Positions 21,761 through 31,647 of a DNA stretch of 64,000 nt are shown here, in pieces. Each line of letters begins with the position of its first letter. Within the stretch, counting starts at the first letter, position 1. The translations under genes and the position numbers were made by a program. The stretch is from Candidatus Nanopelagicales bacterium. GTDB taxonomy: Bacteria > Actinomycetota > Actinomycetes > S36-B12 > CAIYMF01. Under the pieces are notes generated by a model, which made no database searches, was not told the origin of the DNA, and saw nothing but the letters and a program-made list of their open reading frames with translations. The stretch is taken from positions 5,172-69,171 of the forward strand of contig JANXWJ010000094.1 in the NCBI GenBank assembly GCA_025351185.1. Reading direction: 5' to 3'.

Positions 21761-22157
21761 CTAGAACGGGCGGACGATCGAGATCGTTGCCCTTGCCAGA
21801 TCAACTGAGGTGCCGGTGAGCTCGATGGTGCCGAGCAGCTCGCGGACGGTGTCGACCATACACAGCAGGATGGGGGTGATCTCGGGCGTCAGCTCGAGGT
21901 GACCGTCGTGCAGCTTCGCTCAGGACGTTCTCCCCGACGTGGGCCACTGCCTCGAGCCGGTTGAACGCCGGGAAGCCGCTCGTGCCCTTGATCATGTGGA
22001 TCGTCCGGAAGATCGATGCGCGGCGCAGCCGGGAGTTCGGCTCCTTCTCCAGCGCCACGAAGGCTCGGTCGCGCTCATCGAAGTTCTCATAGCTCTCGAC
22101 CAGGAACCCCTGGGTGATGTCATCGAGTCCGTCGGCGAACACCGGGGCGTTGAGCAT
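21761..22157 (-). pseudogene. cheA: cheA remnant (Hpt/P1 domain only, frameshifted and truncated)
   Basis: DDITQGFLVESYENFDE.DR.FVALEKEP...SIFRTIHMIKGTSGF.AFNRLEAVAHVGENVLS. One extra base at about 21917; the other frame continues KLHDGHLELTPEITPILLCMVDTVRELLGTIELTG, then ends at TAG 21761. Confidence 0.88.
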
Positions 22158-22217
22158 GCACACACCTCGCTGCCGTCCGTGGCTCCCGGGGCAGCGCCGG
22201 GATCCTGCAGACGTCCC

Positions 22218-22243
22218 ATCGGTCGAGAGGCGACCCGGCTGAG
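22218..22243 (-). promoter_or_regulatory. sigma28/FliA-like promoter motif upstream of the cheA remnant
   Basis: Minus strand CTCA-N16-ACCGAT(G). Confidence 0.55.
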
Positions 22244-22349
22244 GGAAGCAGTCGGACCTGCGGACCCGTCCCGCTGCGACGCGCCAGATCATCCCAGCGT
22301 GCTGCAGGAGATCTAGGACGAGGCACGCGACCACAGCCTGCCTGCCGCG

Positions 22350-22997
22350 TGCGTCATCGTGTGCGGGTCGAGCCCGTCAATCATGACCGAGCTGCAGTCG
22401 GGGACCAAGCCGCTGTGCGGGCGCGCCCAGCTCGACATGACCGTGCAGCCCTTCGACTTCCGAACGGCCGCGCAGTGCTGGGACGCCGCCGACCCCGATC
22501 TCGCCTACCTGCTGCACACCGTGTTCGGCGGCACCGCCGGCTACCGGCCTCTCGTCGACGCCGCCCCGGCCAGTGCCGCCACCTTCGACACGTGGCTCGC
22601 CCGCAACGTCCTGGACCCCGCGCACGCTCCGTACGGGGAGAAGGACAACCTGCTCCACGAGGACAGCCACATCGGGGACACACAGCTCTACGACTCGATC
22701 CTGTCCTCGGTCGCGGGCGGCAACCACAGCATCGCCGACATCGGAGCTCCGCTGGCACGCACCCGCGACGCGCTGAGCCACCCGATCAGCATCCTCGTGG
22801 CGACCGGCTTCCTGCTCAAGGTCGACGACATGACGAACCTGCGCCGGTCGCTGTACTTCCTGGTGGACCCGATCGTGCGCTGCTCCGAGGTCGTCATCGA
22901 GCCCTACCGTCCCATGCTCGAGGAGGGCGCATCCGCCGATGTGGAAGCTGGCCGCGCCGACGTGCACCTGGTGTCCCTGGCCGACATGTACCGCTGA
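22350..22997 (+). pseudogene. Fragment of an AAA/ATPase_2 (DUF234-associated) ATP-binding protein; lacks the P-loop and is internally deleted
   Basis: CVIVCGSSPSIMTELQSGTKPLCGRAQLDMTVQPFDFR...VFGGTAGYR...LYDSILSSVAGG...YFLVDPIVR, then a jump to a terminal ADVHLVSLADMY. No Walker A. Confidence 0.7.
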
Positions 22998-23057
22998 GCG
23001 ACCCGGCCACACAGGCGGGTGAATGACCGTCGTGCCTGTGGCGTGGGAAATGCCGTA

Positions 23058-24233
23058 TCAGTGCTTGGCCAGGAGCTGTTTCGCCGCGACGACGCGCTGG
23101 ATCTGGTTGGTGCCCTCATAGATCTGGGTGATCTTCGCGTCGCGCATCATGCGCTCGACGGGGTAGTCCTTGACGTAGCCATAGCCGCCCAGCACCTGCA
23201 CCGCGTCGGTCGTGATCTCCATGGCGACGTCGGACGCGAAGCACTTGGCTGCGGCACCGAAGAACGTCAGGTCGGCGTCGCCGCGCTCGCTCTTCGCAGC
23301 AGCGGTGTAGACCAGCTGACGCGCGGCCTCGAGCTTGATCGCCATGTCGGCGAGCATGAACTGCAGACCCTGGAACTCCGCGATCGCCTTGCCGAACTGC
23401 TTGCGCTCCTTGGCATAGGCCGCCGCGTAGTCCAGGGCGCCCTGCGCGATCCCGACCGCCTGGGCGCCGATCGTGATGCGCGTGTGGTCGAGAGTCTGCA
23501 TCGCGACCGCGAAGCCCTGCCCGACGTCGCCCACGCGTCGCGAGTCAGGGATGCGTACGTTGTCGAAGTAGAGTTCCCTCGTCGGCGATCCCTTGATGCC
23601 CAGCTTCTTCTCCAGCGCCCCGAAGGTAAAGCCCTCGTCGCTCTTCTCGACCACGAACGCCGTGATCCCGCCGCGAGTGCGCTTCTCCGGATCCGTGACA
23701 GCCATGACGGTGTAGAACTCCGAGACGCCGGCGTTGGTGATCCAGCGCTTGGCACCGTTGATGACCCAGTCGTCGCCGTCGCGGACTGCCGTGGTGCGCA
23801 TGCCACCGGCGTCGCTACCCGCCTCGGGCTCGGACAGTGCGTAGGAGAACATCCCCTCGCCGCGCGCGAGACGCGGGAGGTAGGCCTGCTTGACCTCCTC
23901 CGAGCCGCCGACGATGAGCGGCATCGAGCCCAGCTTGTTGACGGCGGGGATCAACGAGCTCGACGCGCAGGCGCGGGCGACCTCCTCGATCACGACGCAG
24001 ACCGCGAGCGCATCGGCGCCGGCGCCGCCGTAGGCCTCCGGGACGTGGATCGCGTGCAGGTCGTTGGCGACCAGAGCCGCGAGAACGTCGTGCGGGAACT
24101 CGCTCGTCTCGTCTATCTCTGCCGCGCGCGGCGCGATCTTGTCGGTAGCCAGGGCTCGCACGGACTCCCGGAGCATCTCGTGCTCCTCGGAGGGCCGGTA
24201 GAGGTCGAAGTCAGGATTGCCTGCGCTGGCCAT
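23058..24233 (-). CDS. Acyl-CoA dehydrogenase (short-chain, FadE25-like)
   Basis: YALSEPEAGSD, INGAKRWITNAG, KLGIKGSPT, QVLGGYGY, KITQIYEGTNQIQR. Confidence 0.95.
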   Translation of the reverse strand: MASAGNPDFDLYRPSEEHEMLRESVRALATDKIAPRAAEIDETSEFPHDVLAALVANDLHAIHVPEAYGGAGADALAVCVVIEEVARACASSSLIPAVNKLGSMPLIVGGSEEVKQAYLPRLARGEGMFSYALSEPEAGSDAGGMRTTAVRDGDDWVINGAKRWITNAGVSEFYTVMAVTDPEKRTRGGITAFVVEKSDEGFTFGALEKKLGIKGSPTRELYFDNVRIPDSRRVGDVGQGFAVAMQTLDHTRITIGAQAVGIAQGALDYAAAYAKERKQFGKAIAEFQGLQFMLADMAIKLEAARQLVYTAAAKSERGDADLTFFGAAAKCFASDVAMEITTDAVQVLGGYGYVKDYPVERMMRDAKITQIYEGTNQIQRVVAAKQLLAKH

Positions 24234-24391
24234 CGTGGTTGCCTTCCTCACACTCGTTCCGGCGCGTTCGGGGGTCCGGTCGTCCTTTCCCGCGAGGCTA
24301 CGCGCGGGCCCTCCCGACCGCCCCTCCGGGCACGCACCCTGGACGAAGCCAGGGTTCACGACGCACCCCCCGGACCCCCTAGAGTCGTTCC

Positions 24392-25753
24392 GTGACCAAG
24401 GCCAACGACGTTCCTGTGTTCACCCCCCGGCGGATGACCGTGATCGGTTGCGGCTATCTGGGAGCGGTGCACGCCGCTGCCATGGCGACCCTCGGGCACG
24501 ACGTGGTCGGGTTCGACCTCGATGCCTCCAAGGTCGAGCTGCTGAGCACCGGTCGGACCCCCTTCTACGAGCCCGGGCTCGATGACCTGCTGAGCGAGGC
24601 GCTCGCGACCGGCCGTCTGCGGTTCACCACGTCGTACGCCGAGGCAGCCGAGTTCGCTGACGTGTTCTTCCTCTGCGTGGGCACCCCGCAGAAGAAGGAC
24701 TCCAACGCTGCCGACATGACCTACGTCAACGGTGCGATCGACACCCTCGCGCCGCTGCTCACACGCCCCGCGCTCGTGGTGGGCAAGTCCACTGTGCCGG
24801 TCGGCACCGCCGAGGCCCTGCGCGACCGGCTCGTCGCGCTGTCACCGGCTGGCGTCGACGTACGTCTGGCCTGGAACCCGGAGTTCCTGCGCGAGGGCTT
24901 CGCCGTCAAGGACACCCTGTCGCCGGACCGCGTGGTCGTCGGCGTCGACGACCCGGCCGACGCCGACGAGCTCGCTGCCCTCTACGCACCGGTGCTCGAG
25001 CTCGGCATGCCGTGGGTCGTCGTTGACCTCGCGACCGCGCAGCTGGTGAAGAACGCCGCCAACGCCTTCCTGGCCACCAAGATCTCCTTCATCAACGCGA
25101 TGGCCGAGCTGTGCGAGGCCACCGGCGCCGACGTCGTCGCACTCGCCGACGCCATCGGCCACGACGCCCGCATCGGTCGACGTTTCCTGCACGCCGGTCT
25201 CGGCTTCGGCGGGGGCTGCCTGCCCAAGGACCTCCGCGGGTTCATGGCCCGCGCCGAGGAGCTCGGTGTCGACCAGGCCCTTGCCTTCCTCAGCGAGGTC
25301 GACGACATCAACAAGCGTCGGCGGCTCCGAGCGGTCGAGGTCACGACGGACCTGCTCGACGGCGACGTCAGCGGCAAGCGCGTCGCGGTGCTGGGTGCCG
25401 CATTCAAGCCCGACAGCGACGACATCCGGGACTCGCCCGCCCTCGACGTCGCGACGCTCCTCCACGATCTCGGAGCCGAGGTGCGCGTGCACGACCCCAA
25501 GGCGATGGACAAGGCGCGCGAGACCCGACCCGAGCTCACCTACATCGACGACCCAGTCGAGGCCTGCCGCGACGCCGACGTCGTGCTGCACCTCACCGAG
25601 TGGGCGGTCTTCCGCGAACTCGACCCGGTCAAGCTCGGTGAGGTCGTGAAGCACAAGCGCATCCTCGAGGGCCGCAACACTCTGGACTCGGGCGCCTACG
25701 TCCGTGCCGGCTGGGACTTCCGCGCGCTCGGCCGTCCCATCATCAAGGGCTGA
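24392..25753 (+). CDS. ugd: UDP-glucose 6-dehydrogenase
   Basis: VIGCGYLG, LCVGTP, KSTVPVGT, NPEFLREG, GFGGGCLPKD, FKPDSDDIRDSP. Confidence 0.93.
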   Translation: MTKANDVPVFTPRRMTVIGCGYLGAVHAAAMATLGHDVVGFDLDASKVELLSTGRTPFYEPGLDDLLSEALATGRLRFTTSYAEAAEFADVFFLCVGTPQKKDSNAADMTYVNGAIDTLAPLLTRPALVVGKSTVPVGTAEALRDRLVALSPAGVDVRLAWNPEFLREGFAVKDTLSPDRVVVGVDDPADADELAALYAPVLELGMPWVVVDLATAQLVKNAANAFLATKISFINAMAELCEATGADVVALADAIGHDARIGRRFLHAGLGFGGGCLPKDLRGFMARAEELGVDQALAFLSEVDDINKRRRLRAVEVTTDLLDGDVSGKRVAVLGAAFKPDSDDIRDSPALDVATLLHDLGAEVRVHDPKAMDKARETRPELTYIDDPVEACRDADVVLHLTEWAVFRELDPVKLGEVVKHKRILEGRNTLDSGAYVRAGWDFRALGRPIIKG

Positions 25754-25825
25754 CCCGCTTCACCGTAGGCGCCGGATGCTCTGCTGGCGCGTGTGATCCG
25801 GTCGCCGTGCGCATAGCCTGCTCGG

Positions 25826-26263
25826 GTGACCCGAGACCCTGACCTCTACCGCGACGGCGAGCGCGTGCGCGCAGTGCTGCGCGACCTCGACGTCTGGGCG
25901 GTGGTCGGCCTCTCCGACAACGCGATCCGTCCGGCGTACGGCGTCGCCCGGGTGCTCCAGTCGCACGGCAAGCGCATCGTGCCCATCCATCCCACGGCCC
26001 GCACGGTCCACATCGAGCGCGGCTACGCGACCCTTGCCGACGCCGTCTTCGAGATCGGCCCGGTCGACGTCGTCGACTGCTTCGTGAACTCCTCGCGCGT
26101 GGGCGCGGTGGTTGACGAGGCGATCGCCATCGGCGCAAAAGCCGTGTGGATGCAGCTCGATGTCGTCGACGAGGACGCCGCCCGACGCGCACGAGCCGCT
26201 GGCCTGCAGGTCGTCGTGGACCGCTGCCCCGCCATCGAGTGGCGTCACGACCCCACCCTCTGA
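25826..26263 (+). CDS. CoA-binding protein (YccU-like)
   Basis: WAVVGLS....RPAYGVA..LQ..G..IVPIHP, AKAVWMQLDV, VVVDRCPAIE. Confidence 0.92.
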   Translation: MTRDPDLYRDGERVRAVLRDLDVWAVVGLSDNAIRPAYGVARVLQSHGKRIVPIHPTARTVHIERGYATLADAVFEIGPVDVVDCFVNSSRVGAVVDEAIAIGAKAVWMQLDVVDEDAARRARAAGLQVVVDRCPAIEWRHDPTL

Positions 26264-26317
26264 CCGTCGATGTGTCAGCACGACGGGCTAGAGGCGGTCG
26301 TGATCGCACATCGACGG
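26264..26317 (+). terminator. Hairpin directly after the CoA-binding gene stop
   Basis: Perfect 11-bp arms ccgtcgatgtg / cacatcgacgg plus inner cacgac/gtcgtg; no U-tract. Confidence 0.5.
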
Positions 26318-26405
26318 GGTCCTGGGCGCTACCGTCGCGTCATCGTGCGTCGCGCAGAGCGTCCGAGTGCTGCCGGCCGGCGGTGGAACGACACCAGGGG
26401 GACGC

Positions 26406-26867
26406 ATGAGTGACGCGATGGTCTCGACATTCATACCCATCGTCGTCTTGGCGCTCGTCGCCGCGATCGGCGTCCTTCGCGTGCGTGCGGGAAGGGTCCA
26501 GGACTTCGACCGCACACCGGTGCAGACGCGCTTCGTCGCGGCCGTCAACGTCTCGGTGATCGTGCTCGTCGTGGGGGTCCTGGCGTTCGTGATCGTGACC
26601 ATGGTCGCCAGCGTGCTCTCGCTGCCGTGGGGAAACCTTGCCTCGCGCGTCACCGACCGCGGCGGTTGGGTCGTCGTGCTCGGCGCCTTCATCCTGCTCG
26701 TCGCGGTGCTGGTGCTCACGCCGGCGTGGTTCCGCCCCGCCCACATGCGCGCGATGCGCGACGACGAGTCGTCGTGGGACAGCCGCGGTCATCGCAGCGC
26801 GCCGAAGACCTTCGACACGACCGGTCGCACCTACCCCGACGGCACCGGCCTCGACCCCCGAGGCTGA
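26406..26867 (+). CDS. Hypothetical membrane protein (three hydrophobic segments)
   Basis: Gene-like codon usage; three hydrophobic stretches; acidic/Pro-rich C-terminal tail. Confidence 0.7.
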   Translation: MSDAMVSTFIPIVVLALVAAIGVLRVRAGRVQDFDRTPVQTRFVAAVNVSVIVLVVGVLAFVIVTMVASVLSLPWGNLASRVTDRGGWVVVLGAFILLVAVLVLTPAWFRPAHMRAMRDDESSWDSRGHRSAPKTFDTTGRTYPDGTGLDPRG

Positions 26868-26890
26868 CGCCCCCCACCGGGAGCAGGTCC

Positions 26891-26955
26891 GGCGTGATCT
26901 TGGTCGTGTGACTGTTTCCGGGCGCGGGATACGACCACACGACCAAGATCACGCC
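26891..26955. repeat. 65-bp palindromic REP-like element, family A copy 2
   Basis: Perfect 20-bp arms ggcgtgatcttggtcgtgtg / cacacgaccaagatcacgcc with a 25-nt loop; overlaps the stop of the convergent gene. Confidence 0.88.
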
Positions 26956-28937
26956 AGGTGTGCGGGAGTGGGGACTCGCTGGAGGACTCGGGCGCCGTCG
27001 ACGTCGTAGACGACGCGCCAGTCGGGTGAGGCGAGGATCGCCGCCTGGTCCAGGGTGCCCTCGCGGAAGGGGAACAACCGCGGGCCGAGGTAGAGCCACT
27101 GCACGTCCCACTGGTCGGCCGCGGCGCGGGCGAGCGGGTCGGTGTTGACCGCGGCGGCGTGCGCGCGCAGATAGCTGCGGTCGCCCCAGCCCGACATCGC
27201 ATGCTCGGCCGAGGCGAACACCGGTGCCACGTCGTCGATCGCATACAGCCAGCCCGAGCCGTCGCTCACGTCGTTGAGCACCCGCTCCCCCGAGCGAACG
27301 TGCACGCGCAGGTAGTCGAAAGCACGCAGCGACGGAGCATCGACCAGGCTCGCCTCGCGGAAGCCGAAGTCGGCGGTGGAGTGGCTCAGTCGCAGCTGCG
27401 GCAGCACCGGCAGCGCGACCAGCGCTGCGGTCACGCCGGCGACGACGAGCTTCGCGCGGTGGGCCGCGAGGCGAGCGCCCATGAGCGCGGCGCCGACACC
27501 GGCGTAGGTCGCGATGAAGTAGATCTCGTTGAGCACCACGCGATCCCAGCGGGAATACCACGGCAGCGTGAGGCCGGCCGCCAGCGGCGCTCCCACCCCC
27601 ACGAGGACCGTCAGCACGACCACGACGACCCCCGCCAGGATCCACTCCGGTCGCTCGCGCCGACGCACCGTCACGACGATGCCGACGACCATGAGCACAG
27701 CGAGAACGGCAAGACCGAGCATGCCCAGGGTGGCGCGAAGGCCGGACGGGTTGCCGAGAAACTCGAGCTGGTCACCGCTGATCGTCGGCGAGACGCCGAA
27801 GAACGTCGTGAAGGCGTTGCCGATCGATGCACCGAGCGGCACGTCGGGCATCAGCGCGATGTCGGAGCGCAGGTCGGTGCTGCTGCGCAGCACCGAGAGC
27901 TGGGGCACGACGTAGGCCGCTAGCACCACCGCTGCGGCGCCAAGTCGCAGCACGAGCGCACGTGCGAGACCGCGACCATGACGCAGCGCATCGGCACCGA
28001 GCAGCACCGCGGCGAGCGCCAACGCGGTCACGACCTCGCTGCTGTGCAGTCCGAACATCCCCACGAGCGCCAGCCCGGCAACCGCGCCCACGACGACCGC
28101 ACCTGTCGTCGAGTGCTTCTCCTCGCCGATGCTGAGCAGGTGGGCGAGCAGCGGTGCCATGAGCACCATGCCGAGGATGAGCCCGAGACCACCCCAGTAG
28201 ACGGGGTAGTAGGGGAACGCCGGGAACGCGATCGCCACGACGGCCGACGCCGGCGCGGCCCAGCGCGCGGACGGGAACAGCGCCCGGGTCAGCACGGCGA
28301 TCCCGACAGGCAGCAGCACCGCAGCACCGAGGATCAGCGCGACGTCGAGCGCGGTGCCGACCGCGATCCCGGTCATGCCCGACACGAGCGCTGCAGCCGT
28401 GTGCAGCGCAAGCGGGTAGTAGGCAACCGAAGGGTCGCCGGTGATGACGTCGCCGACCACGACCTGCGAGGGATCGACCGTGCCCAGCGCGAGGATGCGC
28501 GCCGCATAGAGGCCGTGATGCGTGCCGTCGTCGTTAGGAGGCACCAGCGAGGCACCGGCGGTCACGTCCCACCAGATCAGCAGCGCCACCGAGCACACGA
28601 CCAGCAGGGACCACGCCTCGACCCGACCGATGCCCACGCGTCCGGCCCAGACGCGAGAGCTCCACGCTCCTGCAGGGGATCCGAGCGATCGCCGCCGGAT
28701 CACGACGGCGGCCAGCAGGAGCGGGAGCCCGAGCACCACAGGCAGCACCGACCACGGCGACACCCGGGTCCCGAGGGCCGTGAGCACCATGGCCCACGCG
28801 TGCACGAGGCCGAGCGAGACCAGGGGTGCGGTCGTGAAGGAAGCGGCCAGACCGGCAGCCGGGCGCACGGCGAGCACGAGCAGTGCACCAGGCACGAGCG
28901 CGACGAGGATCCATGCCGTCACGCCCAGGAGGATCAC
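26949..28937 (-). CDS. Polytopic membrane protein, DUF6541-like (possible GT-C glycosyltransferase)
   Basis: About 660 aa with many TM segments; early extracytoplasmic PPNDDGTHH and YYPLALH motifs; C-terminal [20 protein letters not shown] is 1 nt after the purE stop. Confidence 0.75.
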   Translation of the reverse strand: MILLGVTAWILVALVPGALLVLAVRPAAGLAASFTTAPLVSLGLVHAWAMVLTALGTRVSPWSVLPVVLGLPLLLAAVVIRRRSLGSPAGAWSSRVWAGRVGIGRVEAWSLLVVCSVALLIWWDVTAGASLVPPNDDGTHHGLYAARILALGTVDPSQVVVGDVITGDPSVAYYPLALHTAAALVSGMTGIAVGTALDVALILGAAVLLPVGIAVLTRALFPSARWAAPASAVVAIAFPAFPYYPVYWGGLGLILGMVLMAPLLAHLLSIGEEKHSTTGAVVVGAVAGLALVGMFGLHSSEVVTALALAAVLLGADALRHGRGLARALVLRLGAAAVVLAAYVVPQLSVLRSSTDLRSDIALMPDVPLGASIGNAFTTFFGVSPTISGDQLEFLGNPSGLRATLGMLGLAVLAVLMVVGIVVTVRRRERPEWILAGVVVVVLTVLVGVGAPLAAGLTLPWYSRWDRVVLNEIYFIATYAGVGAALMGARLAAHRAKLVVAGVTAALVALPVLPQLRLSHSTADFGFREASLVDAPSLRAFDYLRVHVRSGERVLNDVSDGSGWLYAIDDVAPVFASAEHAMSGWGDRSYLRAHAAAVNTDPLARAAADQWDVQWLYLGPRLFPFREGTLDQAAILASPDWRVVYDVDGARVLQRVPTPAHLA

Positions 28938-28938
28938 G

Positions 28939-29493
28939 TCATGCCCCGTGCGGTCCTCCGAGCGATGCGCGCAGCGCCTCGCCCTTCGCCTTCGCGGTCG
29001 CACGGAGCGACTCCTGGAAGTCCACCATCCGCGCGCGCAGCGCAGTGCCGCGCTCGTCGTCTGCAGCGGCCAGGATGCGTACGGCGAGGAGCCCGGCGTT
29101 GCGGGCGTTACCGATGGCGACGGTGGCGACCGGCACGCCCGCGGGCATCTGCACGATCGAGAGCAGCGAGTCCATGCCGTCGAGCGCGGCCAGCTTCACT
29201 GGCACCCCGATCACCGGCAGCGGCGTGAGCGACGCGAGCATGCCGGGGAGGTGTGCCGCACCGCCCGCACCGGCGATGACGACGCGCAGCCCGCGGTCTG
29301 CCGCGCTGCGGCCGTAGGCCACCATCTCCTCGGGCATCCGGTGCGCCGAGACGACGCCGACCTCGTAGCGGATCCCGAACTCCCCCAGCACATTCGCCGC
29401 TTCGCACATCGTCGGCCAGTCTGAGTCGGAACCCATGACGATGCCGACGACGGGGCTCTGACCGCTCTCGCTCATCTCAGCGCTCTCATTCAT
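28939..29493 (-). CDS. purE: N5-carboxyaminoimidazole ribonucleotide mutase
   Basis: [40 protein letters not shown]. Confidence 0.97.
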   Translation of the reverse strand: MNESAEMSESGQSPVVGIVMGSDSDWPTMCEAANVLGEFGIRYEVGVVSAHRMPEEMVAYGRSAADRGLRVVIAGAGGAAHLPGMLASLTPLPVIGVPVKLAALDGMDSLLSIVQMPAGVPVATVAIGNARNAGLLAVRILAAADDERGTALRARMVDFQESLRATAKAKGEALRASLGGPHGA

Positions 29494-30685
29494 CGATCGT
29501 GCCGGTGAGGTAGTCGGCGGCGTGATGCGCCCGGGACAGCAGGTCGTGGAGGTCGTCGCCGACGACCGTGACGTGCCCGAGCTTGCGACCGGGGCGGACG
29601 TCCTTGCCGTACATGTGCACCTTGAGGCCCGGATCGCGCGCCATGCAGTGCAGGTAGGCGTGGTACATGTCGCCCTTGTCGCCGCCGAGGACGTTGACCA
29701 TGACCGCGTGCGGCGCCGTCGCGGACGGGTCGCCGAGCGGCAGGTCGAGCACGGCGCGCAAGTGGTTCTCGAACTGCGACGTCACGGCGCCGTCGATCGA
29801 CCAGTGCCCGGAGTTGTGCGGGCGCATCGCGAGCTCGTTGACGAGCACCCGGCCGTCACGCGTCTCGAACATCTCGACGGCCAGCATGCCGACGACATCG
29901 AGAGCGCCAGCGACGGTCAGGGCCGCGTGCTGCGCGGCAACCACCTCGTCGTCGGTCAGGCCCGGCGCGGGCGCGACGACCTCGGTGCAGATGCCGTCGG
30001 TCTGGACCGTGCGGACCACCGGATAGGCCACGGCCTGGCCGTGCGGGCTGCGCGCCACCTGCGCGGAGAGCTCCTGCACGAAGTCGACGCGTTCCTCCGC
30101 GAGCCAGCGGGCACCGTCGGCGAGGGTCGTCGAGGCCATGAGGTCATGCGCCGCCTCGAGGCCAGCGAGCACCCACACGCCGCGACCGTCATAACCGCCG
30201 CGCGATGTCTTGAGCACGACCGGCCACCCGGCCGTCTCGGCGAAGGTGGCCACCTCGGCTGACGAGGAGACCTCGGCCCAGAGCGGGCAGGGAACTCCGG
30301 CCGCGGTCAGCGCCTCGCGCATCACGATCTTGTCCTGGGCGTGGACCAGTGCCTTCGATCCCGGGCGTACGGCGACGCCCTCGGCCTCGAGCACCTCGAG
30401 GTAGGCGGTCGGCACGTGCTCGTGGTCGAACGTCACGACGTCGCAGCCGGCGGCGAACGCACGCAGCGCGTCGAGGTCCTCGTGACTGCCGATGCGGACG
30501 TCGCGGACAGCCTGGGCAGCGCTGTCCTGCATCGAGGTCGCGAGCACGCGCAGACCGATGCCGAGCGCGATCGCCGGCTGCTGCATCATCCGCGCGAGCT
30601 GGCCACCGCCGACCACGCCCACCACCGGGAAACCCGGTGCGACGTGGGCCGTCGCTTCGGCCGGTGGCTGGGCGGACTCGGTCAC
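29486..30685 (-). CDS. purK: N5-carboxyaminoimidazole ribonucleotide synthase
   Basis: [51 protein letters not shown]. Confidence 0.97.
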   Translation of the reverse strand: MTESAQPPAEATAHVAPGFPVVGVVGGGQLARMMQQPAIALGIGLRVLATSMQDSAAQAVRDVRIGSHEDLDALRAFAAGCDVVTFDHEHVPTAYLEVLEAEGVAVRPGSKALVHAQDKIVMREALTAAGVPCPLWAEVSSSAEVATFAETAGWPVVLKTSRGGYDGRGVWVLAGLEAAHDLMASTTLADGARWLAEERVDFVQELSAQVARSPHGQAVAYPVVRTVQTDGICTEVVAPAPGLTDDEVVAAQHAALTVAGALDVVGMLAVEMFETRDGRVLVNELAMRPHNSGHWSIDGAVTSQFENHLRAVLDLPLGDPSATAPHAVMVNVLGGDKGDMYHAYLHCMARDPGLKVHMYGKDVRPGRKLGHVTVVGDDLHDLLSRAHHAADYLTGTIDE

Positions 30686-31647
30686 CCGCGAAGCCTAATG
30701 GCCGTCATCTCGAAGACCGCCGTCACGGTCTCGCCCGGCTCGGCCGTACGCAGCGGGAAACGTCCGCTGAACGGGTCGGTGGGCGCTGTCATCGGCTCGA
30801 TACAGAGCACGTCCATCGACAGCGGTGCGAAGACCACCCCGACGGGGTAGCCGCTGACATAGCGGAACGCCACCGCCAGGTCACCCCCACGCGCCGTCGC
30901 GACGGCGCCGTCGGGCACGTCGAGGAACACGTCGTCGAGGAACAGGTCGCCGATCGCGCCCACCGGCACCGGCACGTCGAGCACCTCGCCCGTCGGGATG
31001 TCGGTCGGCCCGAGGGTGGCCCGACGGACGAACGGGACGTCGAGATCCCATTCGGCGCGAGGCACGTCGGGGAACTCGACCCACGGGTGCCAGCCGAAGG
31101 CCACCGGCACCGCGTGGTCGCCGGTCGGGGTGAGCGAGGTCGAGATCCGCAGGGTGCGCCCGCGCAGCTCGACCTCGACGACGAGGTCGTGCGCGAACGG
31201 GAAGGCCGCGAACCGGTCGAGGTGGCCGCCGAACCGCAGCCGCGCCACGAGACGTGCGACGTCGCCGCTTGCCGAGACGTCCTCCACCTCCCACTCCTGG
31301 GCGCCCGCGAGCAGCCCGTGGATCGGCTGGCCGAACTCGTCGAGGTGCACGTGAGCATCTCCGGGCGCGACGTCCCAGGCGACGTCGCCGACCTGCTGAT
31401 GCCCGTCGGCGAGACGGTTCGCCCACGGCGCGAGGATCGGGATGCCAAAGGTCGACGCGTGGTGGAGATAGTCCGGGAGCCCGCCCCTGCGTGCCAACAG
31501 CTCGGTGCCGTCGAGGGTCATCGAGGTGCCGACCATGCCGCCGCGCGGCACGAAAGCCACCTCGACGCCGTCGGGTGACGACAGCGTGATCCGTTCCAGC
31601 GCAGGGACTTCCGCGTCAGGACTGCGGCGTACGGAGTAGCCGGTCAT
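30682..31647 (-). CDS. Aldose 1-epimerase family protein
   Basis: C-terminal half of the 597-aa ORF: GIPILAPWANRL, PIHGLL, FGWHPW, LDD, CIEPMTAP. ATG overlaps the upstream stop (ATGA). Confidence 0.88.
   Translation of the reverse strand: MTGYSVRRSPDAEVPALERITLSSPDGVEVAFVPRGGMVGTSMTLDGTELLARRGGLPDYLHHASTFGIPILAPWANRLADGHQQVGDVAWDVAPGDAHVHLDEFGQPIHGLLAGAQEWEVEDVSASGDVARLVARLRFGGHLDRFAAFPFAHDLVVEVELRGRTLRISTSLTPTGDHAVPVAFGWHPWVEFPDVPRAEWDLDVPFVRRATLGPTDIPTGEVLDVPVPVGAIGDLFLDDVFLDVPDGAVATARGGDLAVAFRYVSGYPVGVVFAPLSMDVLCIEPMTAPTDPFSGRFPLRTAEPGETVTAVFEMTAIRLRG

Noticed and set aside
23019-24395. 458-aa plus-strand ORF antisense to the acyl-CoA dehydrogenase (also 4923-6311, 40553-41605, 44-46 kb antisense parts)
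   Set aside because: Shadow ORFs typical of high-GC coding DNA; no recognisable motifs, and the opposite strand has clear family signatures.
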